This document shows, piece after piece, positions 1 to 7,654 of a stretch of DNA of 64,000 nt; the stretch's first letter is position 1; the number at the start of each line of letters is the position of its first letter. The translations under genes and the position numbers were made by a program. The notes under the pieces are model-generated. The model worked only from the letters and a program-made list of their open reading frames with translations, searched no databases and was not told where the DNA came from. The stretch is from positions 7,692 through 71,691 of the forward strand of contig JAIORQ010000097.1 in assembly GCA_021108035.1 (NCBI GenBank), written 5' to 3'. The DNA is from Bacteroidales bacterium. Its GTDB lineage: Bacteria > Bacteroidota > Bacteroidia > Bacteroidales > JAADGE01.

Positions 1-149
1 TTTTTAAAGTTTTTACCAAAGGTGCATTTTTTCTTTGCCGGACTTATCGTTGCAAACCTTTCGCAGTATTAATATACAGCTTCAAGGTTTGTCGCCTCAA
101 TTCCGACAAAGAAAAAACGCATGAATAATGCAGGCTATACAAGTTTCAT

Positions 150-2579
150 TCAAAAATCAAACCTGTAACTGACCGACGGAATAATCGGAAATAAACTGTA
201 TTGAAATAATGCCCTGTCCCCGTTATCATCTCTGCCGAATCTTAAGAAAAAGGGATTTTTTCTGTTATATACATTATATGCCCCAACGCTCCATGTTCGT
301 TTTCCGTGTTTTTTTTGTTTTCTGAAATTCACTCCCAAATCAAATCGGTGATAAGCCGGCATTCTGAAATTGTTTCTTTCTTCAATATGTTCCAATGTTA
401 CTTCTTCAAAATACATTTCACCGTAAAAACTGCTTACAGGTGATAATGCTTGATACCTCTCTAATGCCAGTGTCGTGGCATTTCCTGTTCCGAACACCCA
501 AGTTGCTCCAATATCTATTCTGTCATTAAATTTATGTGTTATTACAATGCCAATATCATGCCTTCTGTCATAAGTATAAGGATACCATTCCCCGAAACTG
601 ATATTGGAAAATTGTCGATCGGTTTTGGATAATGTATAACCTATCCAACCTGTTGTTTTTCCTACATTCTTTTTAATTAACAACTCAATCCCGTATGAAG
701 TTCCTTTACCGTCGGTTTCAATTTTATTTTCCCAAACCCTTTCACTTTCACCTTCTTCCCCAAAGCCCCCGAAAAAGCTTGCTCCTTCCTTATATTCAAT
801 CATATTGCTCATTGTTTTATAATAAGCTTCAATACTGATATCGTAACCGTTTATTGAATATGCTGAACCAAAGGCATACTGAGTTGATTTCTGCGGTTTA
901 ATATTATCTGTTACCGGTATCCACAAATCCGTAGGCATTCCGATTGAAGTATTTGTAAGTAAATGAAGATATTGAGCCATTTCTGTATAAGCTGCTTTTA
1001 CTGACCATTTTGGAGTAATCAAATATCTTGCGGATATTCTTGGTTGATAAGATTGGTATAAAGTATCACTAACGTAAAATCCTGAATAATGAAATCCGAT
1101 ATTAGCTTTAAAGTTTTTAAATATACTGATTTCATCTTCTACATACACTGAATATTCACTTGCATAAATATTTGAATTTCCGAATGTTGTATCTATGTGT
1201 AAATTTTCCTCATTACTGTCGAATTTCATAGCTTGAATACCCGGACTGAACGTATGATAAATATAATTTGCACCAAATTTTATATTATGATTCGGACTTG
1301 GGTTATAATCAAAATCAATTTTTCCGGCATAGTCTTCAATTCCTGAACTGTATCCAAAAGCAAATTCTTCAAATTCATCAGTATTAGTATTAGTTGATTT
1401 CTCACTCATTTCAATTCCGAACTTATAGCGACTGTATGATAATATTACATTTGAAAACAATTTTTTCCCTAAAATATGATTCCATCTGAAAGCAGAAGTA
1501 ATATTTCCCCAATTTAAATTACTTTTAAATTCATCTTTGTACTCTTCCCAAGCATCCTCAATATTTGCATATGCTTTATCTTTTCCGGTATAAACACTTA
1601 AGTAAATTCTGTCTTTATCAGAAAATTTATGATTTACTTTAGCATTAATATCCCAAAAATAATATCCGCTTCTTGATTTTGTACCTTCCTCTTGTTTATT
1701 CATATATATTTTTTGAATAGGCCAAGACAAAATATCAATGTAAGTTCTTCGTGCCGAAATTAAGAAAGAGGTTTTATCTTTAATAATCGGGCCTTCAAGC
1801 ATAAACTTGGATGAAATTAATCCTATTGATGCCGTTCCCGAAATCTTTTTTATATTTCCCTCTTTCATTCTGATATCCAAAACTGAAGAAAGTCTTCCTC
1901 CGTATCGAGCAGGAAAACCCCCTTTTGTGATACTGACATCACTAATCGCATCAGCATTGAAAATTGAAAAGAAACCAAACAAATGATTTGCATTATATAC
2001 CGGCACACCGTCAATTAAAATAAGATTTTGATCAGGTCCTCCTCCCCTTACATAAAAGCCGCTTGTTCCTTCAGTTCCCGATTGTATTCCGGGTAACAAT
2101 TGTATAGCTTTTAAAACATCAACTTCTCCGAGTAATGCCGGAATGGTTTTAATAGTTTTAATCGAAATATCAATTTTTCCCATTTCTGTTTTTTCGGCTT
2201 CTGTTTTTCTCCCGAAAATTTCAACTTCCTCAATCTCATTTGCAGCGGTTAATGAAAAAATAATAAGTGTATCTTTTGTAAGATTAAACTCAACAACCTG
2301 TGTAGCATATCCTATGTATGAAGCTGTCAGTTTCACTTTCATATCCGGTACGGTAATACTGTAAAACCCATAGGCATTAGCCATAGTCCCCAAATTGACA
2401 GCATCTGCTATATATACAACAGCTCCTGCAAGTTTTTCTCCTGATTCCGCATTTTCAACATATCCGCTGATGGTATGTTTTTGAGAATACGAAAATAAAT
2501 GAAGCAACAAAATACAAGTTGCCGCTAAAAAATATTTTATCATATACGGTGTTTTAATAATTAGTACTTTTAATTCCAA
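150..2579 (-). CDS. TonB-dependent receptor with N-terminal carboxypeptidase-regulatory-like domain
   Basis: 809-aa ORF. Signal peptide, then a CarbopepD_reg-like segment (HTISGYVENAESGEKLAGAVVY). Plug motifs follow (LPGIQSG, GFYVRGGGPDQNLILIDGVPVYN). Long beta-barrel ends in an aromatic residue (SYRFDF). The true start is probably the internal Met near 2543. Confidence 0.85.
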   Translation of the reverse strand: MELKVLIIKTPYMIKYFLAATCILLLHLFSYSQKHTISGYVENAESGEKLAGAVVYIADAVNLGTMANAYGFYSITVPDMKVKLTASYIGYATQVVEFNLTKDTLIIFSLTAANEIEEVEIFGRKTEAEKTEMGKIDISIKTIKTIPALLGEVDVLKAIQLLPGIQSGTEGTSGFYVRGGGPDQNLILIDGVPVYNANHLFGFFSIFNADAISDVSITKGGFPARYGGRLSSVLDIRMKEGNIKKISGTASIGLISSKFMLEGPIIKDKTSFLISARRTYIDILSWPIQKIYMNKQEEGTKSRSGYYFWDINAKVNHKFSDKDRIYLSVYTGKDKAYANIEDAWEEYKDEFKSNLNWGNITSAFRWNHILGKKLFSNVILSYSRYKFGIEMSEKSTNTNTDEFEEFAFGYSSGIEDYAGKIDFDYNPSPNHNIKFGANYIYHTFSPGIQAMKFDSNEENLHIDTTFGNSNIYASEYSVYVEDEISIFKNFKANIGFHYSGFYVSDTLYQSYQPRISARYLITPKWSVKAAYTEMAQYLHLLTNTSIGMPTDLWIPVTDNIKPQKSTQYAFGSAYSINGYDISIEAYYKTMSNMIEYKEGASFFGGFGEEGESERVWENKIETDGKGTSYGIELLIKKNVGKTTGWIGYTLSKTDRQFSNISFGEWYPYTYDRRHDIGIVITHKFNDRIDIGATWVFGTGNATTLALERYQALSPVSSFYGEMYFEEVTLEHIEERNNFRMPAYHRFDLGVNFRKQKKHGKRTWSVGAYNVYNRKNPFFLRFGRDDNGDRALFQYSLFPIIPSVSYRFDF

Positions 2580-2815
2580 AATAATTCATACACAGTTAAT
2601 TAACGAAACCCTAAAAGGATTATTTTTATAAAATCTTTGTTTTTATACCGGACTCAATAAACAATACGAAACAATTATAAAAGTGATGCAATATTTTTTA
2701 AAGATATCTGTTAAAAAAAAAGTTGCATAAATAAAATTTTAATATGTCATTCAACTTTCTAATTTTGTGAACTCAATAAATATTATAACGTATAAATATT
2801 TAAAAAGTTACCGAT

Positions 2816-3490
2816 ATGAAAAAAATTTTAATACTTGTATTAATATTTGCTTATTCAATAAATGTTAATGCACAAAAAGTAAAGGACATAAAGATGAAAA
2901 CAAGTGAAGATTCATTAAGCTATGCTTTCGGAATCAGTATTGCAAATAATTTGGAAACCCAGAAAGTTGCAAATCTTAATCCGCAGGCTATAGGAAGATC
3001 ATTTCAAGATTATTACAGCAAAGAAGCAAAAATTTCTGTTGAAGATGCAAATAAATTAATCCAAAACTACTTTGAAAAACAAGAAGCTGATAAACATAAA
3101 GAAATTGTTGAAGAAGGAAAGAAATTCTTATCAGAAAACGCGAAAAAAGAGGGTGTCGTAACTCTTGAAAGCGGTTTGCAATATAAAGTTATAAAAGAAG
3201 GAACAGGTAATATACCGACATCAACAGATAAAGTAAAAGTCCATTATGAAGGAAGTTTAATTGACGGAACAAAATTCGACAGCTCTTATGAAAGAGGAGA
3301 ACCGGCTGAATTTGGTGTAACACAAGTAATTATAGGTTGGACAGAAGCATTACAACTTATGAAAGAAGGTTCTGTTTGGACCTTATATATACCGTCTGAT
3401 TTAGCATACGGATCAAGACAAGCGGGTCAGCATATTAAACCTTTCAGCACATTAATATTTAAAGTAGAATTATTATCAATCGTTCAATAA
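2816..3490 (+). CDS. FKBP-type peptidyl-prolyl cis-trans isomerase (secreted, FKBP_N + FKBP_C)
   Basis: Signal peptide. C-terminal FKBP core: VKVHYEGSLIDGTKFDSSYERGEPAEFGVTQVIIGWTEALQLM...YIPSDLAYG. Confidence 0.9.
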   Translation: MKKILILVLIFAYSINVNAQKVKDIKMKTSEDSLSYAFGISIANNLETQKVANLNPQAIGRSFQDYYSKEAKISVEDANKLIQNYFEKQEADKHKEIVEEGKKFLSENAKKEGVVTLESGLQYKVIKEGTGNIPTSTDKVKVHYEGSLIDGTKFDSSYERGEPAEFGVTQVIIGWTEALQLMKEGSVWTLYIPSDLAYGSRQAGQHIKPFSTLIFKVELLSIVQ

Positions 3491-3534
3491 AATAAACATT
3501 TTTTTAATCAAAAACATAACTAAATTATTTAAAA

Positions 3535-4245
3535 ATGAAAAAATTAGCATTATTAATTACAGTATCAGCAATATTTATTACAAGCTGCAAAAATGAAGAA
3601 AAAATTAATTTAAACAATTTCAATGATTCTTTGAGCTACGCAATAGGAAATGATATTGCCGGCAGTTTTAAACAAAGTAAATTAGACAGTTTAGACATTG
3701 ACATTTTAGCAAAAGCAATTAAAGATAATTTTGCAGAAGATTCAAGTGTTATGAGTAACGAAGCCATTAGTCAAATCTTAATGACCTTTTCGCAAAAGAT
3801 GAGAGCTGAAGCTGAAGCTGAAAGAATTGAACAAAATAAAATTCAATTCAAAGACAATTTAGAAACCGGACAAAAATTCTTGGAAGAAAACTCAAAAAAA
3901 GAAGGAGTTATAACTACCGAAAGCGGTCTGCAATATAAAATTATTAAAAAAGGAAAAGGGGAATCGCCTAAATTCACTGATAAAGTTAAAGTTCATTACG
4001 AAGGAACTTTACTTGACGGAACAAAATTTGACAGCTCTTATGACAAAGGTGAACCGGCAGAATTTGGTGTAACACAAGTAATTAAAGGCTGGACAGAGGC
4101 TTTACAATTAATGAAAAAAGGCAGCGAATGGGAATTATACATTCCTTATGATTTAGCATACGGCGACAGAGGAAGCGGCAGTATTAAACCGTTCAGTGCT
4201 CTTATTTTTAAAGTTGAATTAATATCAATTATTGAAACAAAATAA
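3535..4245 (+). CDS. FKBP-type peptidyl-prolyl isomerase lipoprotein (paralog of the upstream gene)
   Basis: Lipobox ITSC. FKBP core: VKVHYEGTLLDGTKFDSSYDKGEPAEFGVTQVIKGWTEALQLM. Confidence 0.9.
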   Translation: MKKLALLITVSAIFITSCKNEEKINLNNFNDSLSYAIGNDIAGSFKQSKLDSLDIDILAKAIKDNFAEDSSVMSNEAISQILMTFSQKMRAEAEAERIEQNKIQFKDNLETGQKFLEENSKKEGVITTESGLQYKIIKKGKGESPKFTDKVKVHYEGTLLDGTKFDSSYDKGEPAEFGVTQVIKGWTEALQLMKKGSEWELYIPYDLAYGDRGSGSIKPFSALIFKVELISIIETK

Positions 4246-4256
4246 TATTATTAACA

Positions 4257-4688
4257 ATGACAACAGGAACAATTTATACTGAAAAAGGAAACATGAAAGT
4301 TGAATTTTATGATAATGATGCTCCGGAAACAGTAGCTAATTTTGTAAAATTATCAAAAGAAGGATTTTATAACGGTTTAACTTTTCACAGAATAATCCCC
4401 GACTTTGTTATTCAAGGCGGATGCCCTGAAGGAACAGGTGTAGGCGGTCCCGGATACAGCATTAAATGTGAAACCAAAGGAGATAAGCAATATCATGACA
4501 GAGGTGTTTTGTCTATGGCACATGCCGGTAAAGATACCGGAGGTTCTCAATTTTTTGTTTGCCATTCAAGAACAAACACATCACATCTTGACGGTGTTCA
4601 TACTTGTTTCGGCAAAGTAACGGAAGGTCTTGAAGTTATTGACCAAATAAAACAAGATGATGAAATAGAGAAAATTATTATAAATTAA
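4257..4688 (+). CDS. Cyclophilin-type peptidyl-prolyl isomerase (cytoplasmic)
   Basis: FHRIIPDFVIQGGCPEGTGVGGPGY ... GGSQFFV motifs. 143 aa, no signal peptide. Confidence 0.9.
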   Translation: MTTGTIYTEKGNMKVEFYDNDAPETVANFVKLSKEGFYNGLTFHRIIPDFVIQGGCPEGTGVGGPGYSIKCETKGDKQYHDRGVLSMAHAGKDTGGSQFFVCHSRTNTSHLDGVHTCFGKVTEGLEVIDQIKQDDEIEKIIIN

Positions 4689-4696
4689 AATATTAA

Positions 4697-4726
4697 ATTG
4701 TTGCATTGCTTGATATTGTTGCATTG
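4697..4726 (+). repeat. Two copies of the 12-mer ATTGTTGCATTG, 18 bp apart (dispersed motif family)
   Basis: Exact 12-mers at 4697-4708 and 4715-4726. A reverse-complement copy lies at 4927-4938 and another copy at 40060-40071. A variant, ATTGTTACATTG, lies at 59076-59087 and 59092-59103. Confidence 0.8.
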
Positions 4727-4784
4727 TTAAAATATCAACATATAACAATAATACAATTTCGTTAATTATTTAAATAAAAAAATG

Positions 4785-4816
4785 AGTCTCAATTATAAAA
4801 TTGGGACTTTTTTTTT
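4785..4816 (+). terminator. Rho-independent terminator downstream of the PPIase operon
   Basis: 10-bp stem AGTCTCAATT/AATTGGGACT with one G-U pair, a 4-nt loop, then a run of 8 T. Confidence 0.7.
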
Positions 4817-4993
4817 AACTTTGGTTCATAAAAGAAACAGGTTTTTGCTTTATGTGAAAAGGCAGACTGATATCAAGAATTCACAAAAGCAATACAGAGT
4901 TACATTGCTGAATTTTTACAATAGAGCAATGCAACAATGCTTTCTTTTCAAATCAATTATTGCAAAAATTACAGTTGAATAAATATCAATATT

Positions 4994-5347
4994 ATGAACA
5001 TAGAAATTGAAGGAAAAATTACTAAAATATTGCCCGAACAAACAGGCGAAGGAAAATTCGGTAAATGGATAAAACAAGAATTTGTAATTGAAACTTTTGA
5101 TCAATACCCTAAAAAAGTTTGTTTTTCGACTTGGGGAGATAAAACAGATGCCTTAAAACAACTAAAAGAAGGAGAATCAGTAATCGTTAGTTTTAATCCG
5201 GAATCAAGAGAATATAATGACAGATGGTACACAGATTTGAGAGCTTGGAAAATTGTAAAATCTGAAAATTTCAAACAAACTGAAGAACCGCCTCCGTTTA
5301 CCGAAGAGGATATTCCGCCTCCGGAAGAAGAGGATATTCCGTTTTAA
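4994..5347 (+). CDS. DUF3127-like OB-fold protein with acidic Pro-rich tail
   Basis: N-terminus MNIEIEGKITKILPEQTGEGKFGKWIKQEFVIET...YNDRWYTDLRAWKI is typical of Bacteroidetes DUF3127. The tail is EEPPPFTEEDIPPPEEEDIPF. Confidence 0.7.
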   Translation: MNIEIEGKITKILPEQTGEGKFGKWIKQEFVIETFDQYPKKVCFSTWGDKTDALKQLKEGESVIVSFNPESREYNDRWYTDLRAWKIVKSENFKQTEEPPPFTEEDIPPPEEEDIPF

Positions 5348-5352
5348 TGGTT

Positions 5353-5406
5353 GAATGAGAGAATGAGAGAATGAGAGAATGAGAGAATGAGAGAATGAGA
5401 GAATGA
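5353..5406. repeat. Microsatellite (GAATGAGA) x 6.75
   Basis: Perfect 8-bp tandem unit read directly from the sequence. It starts 6 nt after the DUF3127 stop and ends 105 nt upstream of the next ATG (5511). Confidence 0.95.
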
Positions 5407-5510
5407 TTGAATAAATAAATATAGCTGTAATACTCCGGTTTTTTAGAAAGTTTTCGAAAAAAGAATGTTCGGAGCAAACTCTCACTGAAAGTAATTCAGC
5501 AAAAAAACAA

Positions 5511-5822
5511 ATGAAAAACTCATTAAATATGAAAACATTACTTACAATATTTGCAAATATCATTTTAATATCATGTTTTTTGATATCATGTAATTCCGAT
5601 GAAGGAAATGTTACGGAAAATGATACAAATCTTAATAAGGTAATTCCGGATACAGCATCTGTAATATCAGACAGCACACAATTGAATGAAACGAATAATA
5701 AAATATCAGTTTCAAAGTATATATGCCCTCAAGGAGATAAAGAAGGTAATTCAGATGAACCGGGAATTTGCCCTGTATGTGAAATGGAATTAATTGAAAA
5801 CCCCGATTATATTAGTAAATAA
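5511..5822 (+). CDS. Small lipoprotein with a heavy-metal-binding (CusB-N/YHS-like) Cys motif
   Basis: Signal peptide and lipobox (LISC). C-terminal YICPQGD...PGICPVCEMEL resembles the CP-x-HP...CP-x-CGM-x-L metal-binding domain. Confidence 0.55.
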   Translation: MKNSLNMKTLLTIFANIILISCFLISCNSDEGNVTENDTNLNKVIPDTASVISDSTQLNETNNKISVSKYICPQGDKEGNSDEPGICPVCEMELIENPDYISK

Positions 5823-5839
5823 CTCTAAAAAATAAAGAA

Positions 5840-5992
5840 ATGCTTTCTGATCTTGAAAATTATATGAAAGAAAAGAACTACGAAAAGATTTCATATTTTC
5901 AAGGACTTATGAGTCATAAACATACACATAATCCTGCATTGTATGAAAGAGTTCAATTTATGAGGTATTTCAGTGCAAAGGACATTATATAA
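5840..5992 (+). pseudogene. C-terminal ~50-aa fragment of a dihydroorotate-dehydrogenase-like protein
   Basis: My translation is MLSDLENYMKEKNYEKISYFQGLMSHKHTHNPALYERVQFMRYFSAKDII. It matches, from memory, the conserved C-terminal end of Bacteroidetes DHOD-like proteins (...F-x-G-x-MS...ERVQFMKYF). The remaining ~280 aa of the gene are absent. Confidence 0.45.
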
Positions 5993-6007
5993 AAAATTAT
6001 TTAACAT

Positions 6008-7567
6008 ATGAAAACCAAGCTTTATTTAATAACTTTTATTTTAGTTGCATTAGTAGTGATTGGATTCGGTTATGCCGGTATGACGCTGTCACTCAATTAT
6101 ATGCAAAAAAAATATATTGAGCTTCAATTAGATATCAATAAGAGGCAAGCTGAAAACATGGCTGTCTTTCTTGAAAATCAAATAGCAAAAGGTGCATCAA
6201 AAAAAGATGTCAGAGAAAATCTTCAATCAGCATTATCAGGTACAGATGCCGACAAAGGGTTCTTATGTATGTTCGACAAATATGATGCTGAAATGATTTG
6301 CCATCCTGATGAAAATATGCTCGGAATGAAACTTCCTGCAAGTATGGAATTTGAAGACACTCAAAACGGAGAGATAAATAAAACTCGAAATATTATATTG
6401 GAAGGATTAGCAACCGGCGGATTGTTCCATAAAGAATCCGGAACTGATATTGCTTATATGGTTCCGGTAAAAGGTACGGGATGGATGATTTCGGCTCATG
6501 AGAATATTGATAATATCAAATCAGAAATTAACAGCCAAAAGGAGATATTTTTATTAGGATTCGCCATTATCAGTATTCTGACTGCAATATTGGCAACTTT
6601 AATGGCCCGTCTTGCAGGAAGAAGATATGAGAAAAAGATTGAAGAACAAAATATCTTACTTGAAAATACAAATGAAGAATTAAAAACAACTAACAATCAG
6701 TTGAATCAGAAAAATAAAGAAATTAGTCTTCAAAAAACAATTATTGAAGATCAACATAATTTTGTAAAGAAACAAAAAGATCAGATTGAAGAACAAAGTG
6801 AACAAATAACGTCAAGTATTCAATATGCAAGCAGAATTCAAAAAGCTTTACTTCCGCCTGAAAATCTTTTTTCCGAAGTTTTTAAAGATTCATTCGTATT
6901 TTACAAACCTCGTGATATAGTCAGCGGCGATTTTTATTGGTTAAAGAAAATAAATAATACAGTTATTTTTGCAGCAGCAGATTCTACAGGACACGGAGTA
7001 CCCGGTGCATTTATGAGTATGTTGGGAATTGCATTTTTAAATGAAATCGTTAGTGAAGATACTCATGATTTTACTTCATGTTCATCATCAATGATTTTAG
7101 ATGATTTAAGAGACCGAATTAAAAATTCATTAAGACAAACCGGAGAAGATGATCAAACCAAAGACGGAATGGATATGGCCTTAGTTATGTTAGATACAAA
7201 TACAAATACTATACAATTTTCGGGAGCATATAATCCGCTGTATATTGTTCGTAATAAGAAATTAACTGAAGTACAAGCTGACAGAATGCCTGTTGGTGTA
7301 TATCTGAAAGACAGTGAACCATTTTCAAATAAAAGAGCTCAACTTCACGAAGGCGATGTTTTATATTTATTCTCTGACGGTTTCTACGATCAATTCGGAG
7401 GAGAATCAGGCAGAAAATTTATGAAAAATAAATTCCGTGAATTAATTGAAGAAATTTCTGACAAAGCTATGAACGAACAAAAACAAATTCTTGAAAATAC
7501 ATTTAATGAATGGAAAGGAGATTATGAACAAGCTGATGATGTATTGGTTGCAGGGATAAAGATTTAG
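6008..7567 (+). CDS. Membrane sensor PP2C/SpoIIE-family protein phosphatase (Cache-like periplasmic domain, TM, coiled coil, PP2C)
   Basis: Two TM segments flank a Cache-like domain, followed by a long coiled coil. SpoIIE motifs: SGDFYW, DSTGHGVPGAFMSMLG, DGMDMAL, LFSDGFYDQFGG, DDVLVAGIKI. Confidence 0.85.
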   Translation: MKTKLYLITFILVALVVIGFGYAGMTLSLNYMQKKYIELQLDINKRQAENMAVFLENQIAKGASKKDVRENLQSALSGTDADKGFLCMFDKYDAEMICHPDENMLGMKLPASMEFEDTQNGEINKTRNIILEGLATGGLFHKESGTDIAYMVPVKGTGWMISAHENIDNIKSEINSQKEIFLLGFAIISILTAILATLMARLAGRRYEKKIEEQNILLENTNEELKTTNNQLNQKNKEISLQKTIIEDQHNFVKKQKDQIEEQSEQITSSIQYASRIQKALLPPENLFSEVFKDSFVFYKPRDIVSGDFYWLKKINNTVIFAAADSTGHGVPGAFMSMLGIAFLNEIVSEDTHDFTSCSSSMILDDLRDRIKNSLRQTGEDDQTKDGMDMALVMLDTNTNTIQFSGAYNPLYIVRNKKLTEVQADRMPVGVYLKDSEPFSNKRAQLHEGDVLYLFSDGFYDQFGGESGRKFMKNKFRELIEEISDKAMNEQKQILENTFNEWKGDYEQADDVLVAGIKI

Positions 7568-7654
7568 AAATGACTGAATTGTATCAAGAATGCAATTATT
7601 ATATTAAAAAAGAGAAGCTAATTCTATAGATTATGCTTCTCTTTCTTAACTTGA

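Noticed and set aside
5204-5677. A 157-aa minus-strand ORF spanning the microsatellite (ILSFSHSLILSFSHSLI).
   Set aside because: It is the translation of the 8-bp repeat plus antisense of two real genes, and is low-complexity.
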